Positions 37,318 to 50,500 of a stretch of 64,000 nt of DNA are shown piece by piece. The translations under genes and the position numbers were made by a program. This DNA is from Vicugna vicugna (lineage: Eukaryota). The notes beneath the pieces were generated by a model that saw only the letters and a list, made by a program, of their open reading frames with translations, made no database searches and was not told where the DNA came from. Position 1 is the first letter of the stretch. Every line of letters starts with the position of its first letter. The stretch spans positions 3,889,037-3,953,036 of the forward strand of contig MU058463.1 in assembly GCA_013265495.1 (NCBI GenBank). The letters are read 5' to 3'.

Positions 37318-37619
37318 ATGATGATGTGCGCAGCGACTGCCTCTCCCGCCGCCGCCTCCTCGGGGCCCGGCGGGGACGGATTCTTCCCAGCCGCCACCAT
37401 CTCTTCCTCCCCGGCGCCGGGGGCGCTGTTCATGCCGGTTCCCGAGGGCTCCTTGGCGGCCGCGGGGCTGGGGCTGGGGCTGCCGGCCGCGGACTCCCGG
37501 GGTCACTACCAGCTGCTGCTGTCAGGCCGGGCCCTGGCCGACCGCTACCGGAGGATTTACACAGCTGCGCTCAGTGACAGGGACCAGGGGGGCAGCAGCG
37601 CTGGACACCCGGCCTCCAG
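37318..37619 (+). CDS. MYCBP2: MYCBP2 (MYC binding protein 2 / PAM / PHR1 E3 ubiquitin ligase), coding part of exon 1
   Basis: Translates to MMMCAATASPAAASSGPGGDGFFPAATISSSPAPGALFMPVPEGSLAAAGLGLGLPAADSRGHYQLLLSGRALADRYRRIYTAALSDRDQGGSSAGHPAS(R), which I recognise as the MYCBP2 N-terminus. ATG at 37318 has A at -3 and lies in a CpG island. The exon ends at donor CAG|GTGCGT (302 nt, phase 2). Confidence 0.96.
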
Positions 37620-37662
37620 GTGCGTCTCCGAGTGCCCTTCCTTGCGCCACATGCCGCATGTG

Positions 37663-37664
<2 letters not shown>

Positions 37665-37705
<41 letters not shown>
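37665..37705. repeat. (TG)20 microsatellite at the start of MYCBP2 intron 1
   Basis: Direct reading. Confidence 0.97.
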
Positions 37706-37706
<1 letters not shown>

Positions 37707-40269
37707 TTCGTATTTATTGAGCTATCTTTAAGTAAGCGCTTGATGTTGGATGGTAGAAGCACTTATTGAGACAGGAGGGTGCGGTGGCAGCAGTTTCTGC
37801 TTTAAGTGTGTGTGACTGTCTTTGTAGGGGGCAAGAGAAGGTGGGAGGGGAGCCTGTGATGCTAGAAAAGGTGATGGTGCGGGTCGGTTATGACACGTGT
37901 ATGCGTATTGTTGAAGAAAGAGGAGGGATGAGTAGAGGGTAGCGCAAGAAGAGAATTTGCAAGAGTGGTGAGGGAAGTGGCGTTTCCAGTGTTTCTGCCG
38001 CAATGGTATTTGCACGTATTTCTCATTCCCCTCCTCCCACCCCCATGACATTCCATCCTCACCTTTCCGCCTCCCTTAAAAAAAAATCTGCCTTTCACAA
38101 AGAGGAGCAATGGTATCGATTAAGGATAATATCATATATATAGGATGAGTTTTAGATAATCAGGCTGTAGGATAAGGCGTGGGGTTTCAATTTAAAAGAT
38201 TTATGCGAAGGGGATGCAGATGGAGGTTTATGTGGATGTGAAAGGTGTCTGATACAGATTTTTAGAGCTGTACTTTTGGTCCTCTAGAGATGTGGTTGCA
38301 GCTGCTCTTGTGTTCTGTTGTCCTATCGGCCATTTCCCTTCATCTTCTGTTGTATTTCCTCTGTCACTTTACTGCTGTAGAGTAGAGGGGGTTTTGTGGG
38401 GAAAGGGGAAAAGCTGAAGAACTTCAAAATGTGACAGCTGGTATAGCAATCAACTGCCACCAACTAGAAAATCTGAGTAGCTCCTAGATTCTTCCTAGGC
38501 TTGATGCACCTTCAGCTTCCTTAATGTAGATATTAAGTCACTTTCATTTTCTTTTTCTTAAAATGTGGGTGTCTTTTTTGCTAAGGGCTCTCCTATTGTT
38601 TTCCTTCCCATGCCCCTACATGCCACATACCCTGAAGGATGGTGACAGACTTGTTTCACCAGCTTGGCTTTGACAGTGGTAATTGGGAGTTGGCTTCATC
38701 TTTTTTTCTTACACCTTCTTGCAATACATAGGGAAAGCATAGTAGGATTTTGTCAAGTAAGTTACAGAGTTTAATGTATTTATTGAATGTGCAGTTTGTT
38801 TGATAATAAACAGCTTCCATTTTCTCTCACTATGAAAGGGGCTAGGCTGCGAGTCGGGTATTTGTGGTTGACCAGTGTGTATTGTGGCTCTTATCCATTG
38901 GAGAGTTGTGAAGATGGAGCTTTCTTTACACTTTTTCTGGGTAAACCACTCTTCTCATTATAAAATTGTTTACAGGGTTGGGACTTGAGTAGTTTTATCA
39001 TATTGATATAAATGTGTGACTACCTTTTGCTGTCTAAGCCAAAGGCCACAATGGCACACGTCTGTTCCTTGCTAATGTTTTTGAAAATAGCACAAAACCT
39101 CAATCGACAGTTTGCTCTAATAATTAGGTATAATTCTGAGGTGTGAGTCTAAATTATGGCACTGTAGGTACATCTTTACAAACCCCTACAAACCCCTCTC
39201 AAAGAATTAGAGTTTATTTTGTATGTTGTTTCCAGACTTGAGCAATAATTTGTGACTAGTGTATTCCTATTTTAACTTTCTACTTGTGTAATAATATAAT
39301 TTCTATGTATTTAGAACTGTATAAGCAGTTTTAGAAAATTAATGTAGATTAACTACATATGTAAAATCTATGAGTGATTTTTACAGTTTTTGTTCTGTTT
39401 TTGTACAAGCTGTCAAGTAAAATTAATGAAGAATTAGTTCGAGTACTATATTTCAAGAAGTAATAGTGAAAACCAGCCTTATGTTGTATAATATTGCCTT
39501 CTGGTGCTTGTTCAGAACATTATTGTTTATTATAGTTCACATTATTTTTTCTAAATCTTGTCCTACAACTATTCTTTATTGAGGATTTGCTTAAGAATTC
39601 AGTCACAATTCTTATTAAATATGAATGGGGAGAGTGGAGCTGGGATTTAGGTTCTGAATGAATGATGAAATTACTTGTATAGGGGCATTAGCTAGAGAAG
39701 ATGAAATCTTTCAGAGACAGAGAATGGAGCAAGAATAAAGGATGAAGTTCTATTGAGAATCAAGTTTAAACATGTGACAGAAAGGAGACAGTGAAGGAAG
39801 CCAAAAAAGAGAGATACAAAAAATTTAGAAGAGAATTGTGGGACAGTAGCAGTGCTGGTTCTAAGACAGTGAATTGAAAGTCCTCAGGAGGGTTATGTGC
39901 TGAAGCAAGTGAGAGCACTTTTCAGGTCACTGACTTTTGAGGAAGTGGTTAAGACGTCTATGGAAGAGAGATATGATGAGAAGTCAGTGGGATATTTGGG
40001 GGATAATGGGGAGATTTAGGGTTGAGGGAAGGATATTTGAGTATGAGAGGGTGGGAGGGAAACATTCAGTAAGCAGAGAAGGAGAAGTTCAAGAAGTGAG
40101 AGAGGGGATATTTGATGGATAGAAGTCTAAGGGAGATCTCAGGGACAGATTTAACATGACATGTGGAAAAGTTAGCCATTAAAAAAAATTAGGGGCTAGT
40201 CATCTTTTAGCATAGAAGAGGAGGAGATGTATTTATAAAGACTAGGAGTTTATTAAAAACTATATCCTG

Positions 40270-40680
40270 TTCATTTTGATGATCCCAATGTCTAGCACAA
40301 TTTTTGGCATCTGTTCTGTAAACATCAAGTGCCTACTGTATGCCAGGCACCGTTTTAGGTGCTGAATATGTAGCAGTGATCAAGACAGACAAAGTCGGTA
40401 CTTTCTTTGGAACTTCTACTCTAGTGGAGAGAAATAAGCAACTGAAAATTTCAAGCAGTAAAAGTAACTATGAAGGAAATAAGTAGTTGGGAGGGGTATT
40501 TAGGTAGGGTGTTCAGGACAGGTCTCTTTGAAAGTTGACATTTAAGTTGAGTCATAATGATTAGAAGGCAGATCTAGAGGAGTAGTGTCTGAGGAAAATA
40601 AAGAATCTCTGAGGCAGAAACAAACTTGTGTTCAAGGAACCAAAACAAGGCAAGTGAGTATCAGTCAGTGTTGAATAAAT
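40270..40680 (-). mobile_element. L2 3' end
   Basis: gtgcctactgtatgccaggcaccgttttaggtgctg...gcagtgatcaagacagacaaag...tctagtgg. Confidence 0.75.
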
Positions 40681-40759
40681 TAATACTGTGGATTATGTTT
40701 AAGGTGTAGGTAGAAAAGTTGAGGGATAGAAGCCTAGTGGTGTCAGTGACTTTGAGGCA

Positions 40760-42220
40760 TTCTAGTGATTCTGAAGCGAGACTGGTTTTAAATCCTGGCT
40801 TTGCCACTTTTTAGCTGTGTGACCTTGGGTACATTATGTAACTTCTATGCCTCAGTTTTTTGCTTAAAATATTTTTGATATATAATTGGCATATAATATT
40901 ATATTAGTTTTAGGTGTACAACACAATCATTCCATGTTTTGAGAAATGGTTATCACTTTAAGTCATGTGAACATCCATCACCACACTTAGTTGCAGTTTT
41001 TTTTTTCTTGAGGTGAGAACTTTTAAGATTTATTCTTTTAACAACTTTCAAGTATACAATCCAGTATTATTAACTGTAGTCACCATGCTGCACATTTCCC
41101 CATGACTGATTGACTTTATAACTGGAAGTTTTTATTTGTACCTTTTGATTACCTTCACCTATTTTGACCATCTCCCACCCTCTGCCTCTGACAGTGAGTT
41201 CTCAGTATCTGTGAGTTCAGTTTTTGTGTTTTGTTTTTAGATTTCACTTATAAATGAGATTATGTGGTAATTGTATTTTTCTATCTAACTTATTTCACTT
41301 AGCATAATGCCCTTAAAATCTATTCCTGGTGTCACAAATGGCAAGATTTCCCCTTTTTTTTAAGGATGAGTAATGTCCCATTTTTAAAAATATATACCAT
41401 ATATATATATATATATATATTCATTCATCAGTGGACATTTATGTTGTTTCTTGACTATTGTAAACAATATTGCAGTGAATATTGGGGTGGAGATAATCTT
41501 TTCAGGTGTTCCGCTCGTTAACTTTTCAAGTTAGTGTTTTCATTTTCTTTGGGTACATTCTCAGAAGTGAAATTGCTGGATCATATGGTAGTTCTATTTT
41601 TAATTTTCTGAGGAACTTCCATATTGTTTACATAGTGGCTGCACCAATTTACATCCCCAGCAACAGTGCACAATGGTTCCCTTTCCTTCACATCCTCACC
41701 AATACTTTTTATTTCTTGTCTTTTTGATAATAGCCATTCTAACAGTGTGAAGTGATTTTTCATTGTAATTTTGATTTGCATTATCCTGGCAATTAGTGAT
41801 GTTGAGCATCTTTTCATGTACATGTTGGCCATTAATATCTCTGTTTTGGAAAAAAATGTTTACTCACATCCTCTTTCCACTTTTTTAATCAGACTTTTTT
41901 TGCTATTGAGATGTATGAGTTATATATTATATTATATATAATATATATTTTGGATATTAATCTTTTATCAATATATGATTTGCAAGTATTTACTCCCATT
42001 TGGTAGGTTGCCTTTTCATGTTTGTTGATGGTTTCCTTTGCTGTGTAGAAGCTTTTTTAGTTTGATGTAGTCCCACTTGTTTATTTTTGTTTTTGTTTAT
42101 GCCTCAGGTTTCTTCTATGTATAATGGGAATAATAATACTGAGGATTGTTTTGTAGATTAAATGAATTCCTATATGTAAAGTGCATGGCACGTTAAGTGC
42201 TAATAAATATTAATTAATTA
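40760..42220 (+). mobile_element. MIR SINE split by an L1 (about 40760-40859 and 42098-42220)
   Basis: aatcctggctttgccact...agctgtgtgaccttggg...gcctcagttt resumes as gcctcaggtttcttctatgtataatggg...gattaaatga. Confidence 0.8.
40860..42097 (-). mobile_element. 5'-truncated L1 (L1MA9-like)
   Basis: L1 3'UTR and ORF2 end (MANMYMKRCSTSL...). TSD tatgcctcagtttt (40846-40859) / tatgcctcaggttt (42098-42111). Confidence 0.9.
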
Positions 42221-42494
42221 TTTCTGTAGAGAGTGAGGGGGCAGGTGGAGTTTGAGGACTAAAAGAGAACGCAGAGGTCATGTCTTACTCTTTTATGTTT
42301 GCTCTTAATGACTGTGTTGAATGTGGGAATAACTTTAATTTATTCATTGACTGAATAAATATATTTTTATATGAATGAATCAGTTAAAGTTGGCACATTT
42401 ACTTGAGGAAAGGGCTTATAAGGAAATGAATAAAGGAATGTTTGGTCAGTTCTGAGTGTGAATGGCAGTATAGCATTGATTGCATTTGGGAAGA

Positions 42495-42700
42495 ACCATA
42501 GCACAGTGGCTAAATCTGCTTGGAGTCAGACTGCCTTAGTTCAAATTTCAGTTCTGCCTTTTTCTATCTGCCTTAAATCGGGCAAGTTAATTAGCATTTC
42601 TAGGTCTGTTTCTTTACTTGTAACCTTATAAGGTTATTGAAAGGACAGTGTGCCTGAACATGGTAAGTGCTCATTAAATGTTAGCTGCTCTTGTTGTTGG
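42495..42700 (+). mobile_element. MIR SINE
   Basis: tagcacagtggctaa...tggagtcagactgcct..ttcaaat...gggcaagtta...catggtaagtgctca. Confidence 0.8.
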
Positions 42701-43879
42701 TCATGATATTAATACTATTTTTAAGATCACATATTTAAAATTCCAATCAGCATGATATTGTAAGCTTTTCCACTCAAAAGAGAAATGGGAAAAACTGCTA
42801 GTTGATTCAAGGTTGAAGTGTGCCTGGAGGTCAAAGAAAAAAAAAAAGTGAAGGTTTTTGGTGACAATGATTGACCATATGGTAAAAAGGAAAGTGATGC
42901 CAGGAGGGAACTGATAGACTGGGAGATAAAGACAGACGGGTATCTGGGTTGAAGTGAAAGAAGAACAGCATTAGTGGAAACAATGGAGGAGATTGTGGTT
43001 AAAATGGGAAATTACTTTCTTTCTCTAAGCTAAACTCATTTAGTTCCTTCAGCTGCTTTATCTTTCTTGTTAGAAATGCCATTTGAGCCCATCCTTCAGA
43101 TGCATGGGATTTCGGCTATAAGAGGTTAAGTAGTCTATTAATCCAACAAAGATTCTGGGATTAATAATTGGTGCTAACCACGGGCCCTGTAAAGATTTAT
43201 AAGACATTTTCTACCTTGAGTTTGTCATCTGGATTAGGGTGAAAGGTACAAAGGCAGCTACTTAGATGAAATGACCAAGAAAGCATAGCCTGTTACGAAA
43301 AAGGGATGGCATTGTGAGCTGGTGCAAAAGTATGAGCAGGAGGTGAGAAAGCACAGTTTGTGTGTGGATAATGGTAAGAATTCCATTAGAGCTACAGTAT
43401 AGGTGTTAACAAGGGATACTGATGGGAATTCATTCTGGCAGTGGAGGCATTGGTTAGAGGGTAGGGCAGCTTGAACTGCCAGATAAGAGTTAGATTTTAT
43501 TCAGTGGACACAGATGGTTTTGACCTCTGAAGAGACATTACTGTAGGAGTGTTTTAGGAAGTGATGTGGATTGAATTAGTTTATGTATGTCTGTATTTAT
43601 GGATAGGTAGTAATTTGCTTCATATAGCTGTTACATCTGTGGAATCCTGTATAGATACATGTTAAGGCAAAAACTGTTCTTTTGGCATATTTGTAGGTAG
43701 AAATATGAAATGAATTAGCTTCCTAGCTCAAGAGGAAATCTTGCCTTTGGGCTTAAAAAGAAAATAGAAATGTTAATTTAAAAATGGTTTTGCATTTTAA
43801 GATATTTCTTTAAAAAATCAACAGTATTAGAATAGTCTCATTTTTTTATTCAAAAATATATTAAATATTCTGGTTTTGG

Positions 43880-44660
43880 GGGAGTGGTCAGATTAATTGA
43901 GGTTTAATTTACATGTAATATAATTCACTCTTTTTAAGTGTCCATTTGAAGAGTCTTAGAACCATCACCACAGTCAAGTATAGAACATTTCCATTACTCT
44001 AAAAAATTTCTTTAGTTAACTCCCTTTTCCTACCTGAAGCCCTTGGCCACCACAGACCAGCTTTCTCTCACTAATATTTTACCTTTTCTAGAATGTCCTG
44101 TATATCAAGCTCCTTAAGAGCAGGACTCCAGATATTGTTCCTCTCTATGTCATCTATCCCTGTGTTTCCTATAAATGGAAATTAGGCTTTGAAGCTTCAG
44201 TAGGTTTCAGTTAAATATTTTTGGAAAGAACATTTTGTATATAATGCTGAGTACTGCATATTGCATCTCATCCAGAGGTTTTCAGTTTGTCTCATTGGTT
44301 AATAATACTCATTCAAATTACTTGGGTAAGATGGTACCCACTAGATCTCTTCTCTGTAAATGTATGCTTTTTCCATCTGCAATAAGCAGGTAATCATGGG
44401 TAGTAACTTCAGCACACTGTGAATATCTTCCACCTAATGGTTTTATTATCCTTTGATATTCCTTGACTGAGTCAATAATTTCATTAGGGGCTTCAAAATG
44501 ATGATTTTTTTTTTGTAATTCTGTTATTACAGAGTTTATTAGCTCACGCTCTTCTGCAAAGAAGAGTTTTCCTCCATCAACTGATGGTGAACTTAGTTCC
44601 TCCTAAGAAAGCAGGGTAAATGATTCATTCTCTCTCCTTATGAGACAAATTGGTGTAATA
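43880..44660 (-). mobile_element. Old L1 3' fragments (L1MB/L1MC-like)
   Basis: tagaacatttccattac...ccttttctagaatgtc; agatctcttctctgtaaa...ccacctaatggtttta. Confidence 0.55.
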
Positions 44661-44672
44661 GTCCGGCAGTGG

Positions 44673-47540
44673 TGTGGTGGGTGCCATGGTTCACCACCAC
44701 TTGTTCAGGTACAAGTTCCCCTAGCTATTGGGAATACTGGCAGCTAAAACTGATAGCAGCTGAATCCTTCTCCAGGCATTGCTCTGAGCCAACAGAGCTG
44801 CTTCCTTCAAAGTCATGCCTCTTTTCTTCGGGGTCACCCTGCATCCAATGCCTGTTCTATGAGGGGAATGTAAATGCCTGGCCTTTTGCCCTAAGGCAAG
44901 ACAACTTTGAAGATCCATCCCCTCTCCAAAGCTCCCCAGAGGACTGGCTAAGGCCTTCCTGTGACTGGGTTTCAATTCAACTCCTTCCTCTGTTTAGTCT
45001 CACTTCCTTTACTTTCCCACAGCGTTGATTTGGAAGGCATTCCTCAATACTTCGGGTGTGAAAATCTCCATTTCAGTCTGTTTCCTTGGGAACCTTACCC
45101 AAGACAGTTGTGGTGCCACAGTGGTCTGAGGAAGTAGACTTTAAAATGGGATTTTGGAGCTGGATTATCTGCTGGCTGGCTGGCAATGAGAACCCTACTA
45201 CTGGTTGTAGGTGGAGCATTGATACTGATAACCCTTGTCATGCATGGCAGGCATGCACCTGTTAAAACTTTCATTGGTGATGAATTGGAATGAGATTCCT
45301 GTAGAAGACAATGTATTGGTGGGTACAATATCTTAGGCTTTTGAGAGGTTTAGGGAAGTTACTGTTTATAAGAACAGTGTAATCAGATGGCTGCTTGGTG
45401 AGCAACAGTTGATTGGAGAAAGACAGTAAAAGGCTGAAAATAATCGGGGACAAAATGAAAAAGTTAGGTAATTTCTTTCTTTGGTTTCATGTAAAGAAAC
45501 TCATCTTCTGCAGCAGGAGGAAAACAAAAACTAAGGATTAGGCCCATGATTTAATTTCAAGGGTGGCAGAGCTCCAGGGTGGGTTGATTTCTCAGCAGGT
45601 CTGCTAGGCCAGTGCCTGTGCTGTTTAGGAAGCAATGGGACCCGGGCTCTTAAGATGGGGACATCTGGGTTGATGACCTAGAAAACCTTGAAATCCCAAA
45701 TTTCCCTGAATCCTCTGGGCCTATAGAAGTGGCCTTCTCCTGGCTATCAGGTAGTCGCTTGAAGATTATGCTGCCCCACTACTCCCATGTCCTCTCCTCT
45801 CCTCTGCTGTCTGTCACCAAACCAATAACTAGAGTTAAGTCACAGCAAAACCTACTGGGAGGTGCTGGGCATGCTGAGGGAGGAAAGGGACTGCCGTGCA
45901 CATGGGTACACATACACCCACTGATACACACACACGCAGAGTGATTCCCAAATTCTGCACCGAGACACCCCCAGACACCCCAGCAGACACACGAGAATAC
46001 CACAGGATATTTCAGAATTTCAAAGGGAACACAGAAATGTCTGTCAGACCACTAACTTGAGGTAGTTCACAGTTTTGACATTAGATCATGCTGCATTCCT
46101 TTTGATGTCGTATCTTTTTGAAGTTGGATTTTTGGTCGTTGCTGTGATACAAATAAAGCACTGCACAAAAATCAGTGAGGAGCATAAAAAGAGGCTGGCA
46201 GGTTTAATCTGCGTAAGTTTGAGAAGTTGTGCAGTACCCAGCAGATGCACATGTCCTATTATTAATTAATTATAGTCATTTAAGAATGAAATGCAAGTAT
46301 TTTTCTTTCAATTTGTGTGTATTTTTTTTTCAAATGGCTACTGAGTTGTTAGAATATAAATTCTTGTTAATTATTTGGATCTAACTACTTAATAAACACT
46401 ACTGTTAGGTATTCCTTTTGGCCTGTAAGTGTTGAGGAAAAAGTACTGATAATGATTGTGCAAGGGCCCAGTAGTATACTTGTATTTATCAGTCCTGCTG
46501 CAGCAGCTGAGCTGCTGAATGAATGATCTGACAATAGCAGAGACTAACCATCCTTCAAGAAAACCAGCCAGTCCTTATGCCCTGGAAAGGACTGTGATTC
46601 ATTTTGATTCAGTTTGAGGCATATTCTGAATATGAGTTTCCCTTTCCAATTTGCAGGGGTTCAATCAGTGCCACTATCTGGGGGCTTACAGAGTGATCCA
46701 TCAGCACAGGGTGCCGTATAATGTCGTTTTGGAGTAAAGGGCCTACTTTAGAGCAGATGGATTTCATAGATCCATTTGTCCTGGGCCACACTGCCCAGAA
46801 ACTGCTGGCACTCTTTTGATGGCACAACTGATGATGATACCCTGGATTTTGGACATGATACCCTCTAAGGATGAGGTTCTATCCTCCAGTGTTCCCAGTA
46901 GGAAGAATACACAGAAGTTGAAATGGCTACACTTAGCTCCACTGTTAGTGATCCTCTGGTGATCCCTTCCAGTGCTCTGAGCACTGGGGGTTGAGGTCCT
47001 GGTTCCCAGAAGGGAAGCATTTTCAACAGAAACACTATAGGCGTTCTTTTACACTTTGAGACACAGCTACTGCTGGGATTTGGTGCTCCTTTTTCAAGGA
47101 AAGGCGTCACCATTTTGATGGAGCTAATGTATCTGATCATCTGGAGGAGCTGGGGCTGTGGTTACGCAATGGAACATGGGCTTTGGCACACAGATAATCT
47201 ACTGGGTGTCTGTTGGTACTTCCTTTTCCAACTTTAATGGTAAATGAACATGAGAAAGGCCTGATGACCACCTCACAAGATCAGCCATCTGGACCAGCCG
47301 AAGTTCTAGCCAGAGATGAAGGGAGTCTAGAATGACTAGCAGAGAAGAGGTAGTGACTACGAGTTTTGGCCTTGAAACCGTCTGAAACCAGTGGCAGAGG
47401 CTGTAGTTTGTCTTATTTTACTCCCTTGGAAAGCTTCTCCAGGAAACAAGCTAACCAGAATTCTGCAGGAACATTATCCAGAATTTATTTGAAACAAGTC
47501 AATCCTAATAATATAATAGGTAGATTACAGTGAATGCTGT
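44673..47540 (+). mobile_element. ERVL provirus remnant: LTR16-like 5' LTR (44673-45106) plus decayed internal region
   Basis: The LTR ends ...tctgtttccttgggaaccttacccaagaCA, followed by PBS-like gttgtggtgcca and tctgaggaag...atgggattttggagc. Integrase-like remnants around 46550-47150. Confidence 0.7.
45965..46450. mobile_element. hAT-Charlie fossil (Charlie2-like) nested in the ERVL internal region
   Basis: gttggattttt...gttgctgtgata...tttgagaagttgtgcagt...atttaagaatgaaat. Confidence 0.6.
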
Positions 47541-47544
47541 GGAT

Positions 47545-50500
47545 TAATTTTAATAGTTGTTTTATATATTCTCTGGCATGTTCTATATAATCATATCATC
47601 ATTCTTTATGATCTCCAGATATCCCTGTGCTGCTCCCACTTTTATTCCAATGACAAGAACCTTTCTACTTCTGTTAGTGCTGAATAGAAGAGGTGAAGAT
47701 TGCGTCCTTCCTTGTTTCTAATCTAGAGGGAAACAATTATAAATTAGTCTTTCAGTCTTTCATTATTAAATATGATGTTAGCTATAGATGGTTTGGTGGC
47801 TTTTGCAAATTGAGAAAGTTTTTTACTTTTCCTATTTTGCTGATAGTTTTTTATCATAAATATCTATTGAATTTTGTCAAATGCTTTTTCTGCATTTATT
47901 GAAGTGATCACATATTAAGAGAATAAAAGGAAAATTAAATTGATTAATTTTTGAATGTTGAATCAGCCTTGCATTCCTGGGGTAAAACTTTGTCATATGT
48001 GCTATTATTTTGTTAAGAATTTTTGAGTTTATATTCATGAAGGATATTGATCTGTAATCTTTTTTTTTTTTTTTTTGGTAATGTCTGTCATGTTTTAGTC
48101 TTACAGTTATCCTTGTCTCATAAAATGAGTTGATTATAGTTATTGTTATTTCTTATGGGAATTTTGGTAACTTGTATTTTTTTGGACAGATTTGTCCTTT
48201 CATCTGAATTGTTGACATTTTTGGCATAAAGTTGTTCATAGTATTCTTTTATTATCCTTTAATGTCTCTGGGGTCTGTGATGATAATTCCTTTTTCATTC
48301 CTCATGTTGGGGTTTTCTCTTTTTTCCTTGATTAGCTGGAAGTTTGTTGTTTTTGTTTATAAGTTCAAAAAACCAACTTTTGGTGGTGTTGATTTTCTCT
48401 ATTATTGGTTTGTTTTCTATTTTATTGACTTTCCTCTCATAATTTACTTCTTACTTTTTAACTTTGCTCTGTTTTTTAGTTACTTAAGATGGAATCTTAG
48501 GTTATTGATTTTAGATTTTTCTTCTCTTCTGAAGTAAGTATTTAAAGTAATAGATTTTCATCTAAGTACTTCTTCAGTTGCATCCCACAAATTTTGATAT
48601 TCTATATATTCTTTGTCATTTGGTTTAAAATATTTTTGAATTTTCTTTATAATTTCACCTTTGCTCATGATTTAGACTTATTTTATTTAACTTTCAGATA
48701 TTTGATGTTTTCTTATATATTATTTTTATTACTTTGCAGTGGACATCTTGTATAATTTCAGCCTTCTAAAATTTATTGAAATATGTGTTTTCTCCCAGAG
48801 TATGTTCTGCCTTGGTGGTTATACCATGTGCACTTGAAAAGAATATGTGTTCTGTCATTTTTGCATGTAGAGTTCTGTTAATGTCATAAAGTTGATCATG
48901 TTGTTTGGCTCTTTTATGTCTATGCTCATCTTTTATTTCATTCTGTCAGTTACTGAGAAGAGGTATTAAAAATATCTCACTCTACTGTGAATTTGTCTCT
49001 GTTTCTTTAATTTTGTCAGTTTTTGCTTCATGTACTTTGGGTCTCTGCTATTAGGTACATATACATTTATAATTGTTAAAACTGCCTGATGAATTCTTCC
49101 TTTATTTCATTATGATACTGTTTCTTTATCTCCAGTCGTACTCTTTGTCTTGAACTTACTTTATCTGATATTAAAATAGCCTGTTTAGACTTCTTAGGCT
49201 TACTGTTTGCATGATAAATCTTTTTTTATCCATTTACTTTTGACCTGTCTGTGTTTTTATATTTAAAGTTTCTCTCCTTTGGGCCGTACATGTAATGTGG
49301 GATTTTGCTTTTTTTTTTTAATCCACTCAGTTTATTTGGAGAATTTAGACCATTAATATTTAACATAATTAATTATTGATGTAGTTGACTTTGGGTCTGC
49401 CATTTTATTGTCTTTGTTTCCCTCTTTGATTTTCATTCCTCTCTTAACTCGTTTTCTACTGTCTGTTGGATTATCTAGTAAGAATTTAATAATTCTTTAG
49501 TATTCCATTTTAATATCTGTTGGTCTTTTTGGCTATATCTCTTTGTATTAATTTTTAACACCCTAGAGATTACAATATGGATAGATACATAATAGAAAGA
49601 TACCTAACCTTTCACAACCTACTTAGAATTACTTTTGTACTGCTTCACTTAAAATAGAGAAACATTACAACCACACGGATTCCTTTTTCCCACTCTGCCA
49701 CACCCCACTCCCTCCTTTATATTACAGTTGAGTTATGGCTGCATACTTCGAAAACCTCACCATACAATATTATAATTTCTGCTATTGTTGTACATGTTTT
49801 AAAGAACTTAAAGGAAAAAGTAGTATTTTATATTTATCTGTGTATTTACAGTCTCTGTTGTTATTCCTTTATTCCTGAAGATGCTACATTTCCTTTCAGC
49901 CTAAGTACTTTAGCATTTCTTGTAAAGTAATATACTGAGTATAAACTCTCTTTGTTTTTCTTCATCTGAGAATGTTTTTATTTTGCTTTCATTTCTAAGG
50001 GATATTTTAGATATCTTTTAACAGTCTGTGAACATAGAATTCTGAGTAAAAACTTGTTTCCTTTTAGAATTTTGTGATGTTCCACTGTTTTTCCACTGTT
50101 AAGATTTCTGATGAGAAACCTTTGGTAATTCAAATTTTATTTCCCTTTATGTACTATGTCATTTTTCTTTATCTACTTTCAAGAATTTTTGCTTTGCTTT
50201 TGGTTTTCAGTAGTTTGATTTGATGTATCTAGTCATTATTTTCTTTGAGTTTCTCCTCTTTGGAGAATGCTCAGCTTCTCGAATCTGTAAATTTGTCTTT
50301 CACCAAATTTGAGATGCTTTTTGCCACTGTTAAAATATTCTACTCTAGTTTATTTCTTTTTTCTTTCCTAGATTCCAGTGACAATTATGATAAAACTTTT
50401 GAGATTGTCCCACAAGTCTCCAACTATTTCATTTTTTCTTTTGTCTGTTTTTTTCCTCTTTGTTCTTCAGATCAGATAATTTTTATTGATCCATTTTCAA

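Larger units (their letters stand above)
36650..37660 (+). promoter_or_regulatory. CpG island / MYCBP2 promoter and 5'UTR
   Basis: Abrupt GC- and CpG-rich block in an AT-rich background, with GGC and GGA repeats, G-tracts and an NRF1-like GCGCATGCCC near 36990. No TATA box seen. The TSS cannot be fixed from sequence; it is probably near 37000. Confidence 0.88.

Noticed and set aside
36827..37577. Overlapping GC-rich ORFs on both strands (up to 146 aa)
   Set aside because: Stop-poor CpG island and trinucleotide repeats; low-complexity translations with no recognisable domain.
37201..37731. 176-aa single-exon ORF from the track
   Set aside because: It is MYCBP2 exon 1 extended upstream to a GTG and read through the donor into the (TG)n repeat. 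The real frame continues at exon 2.
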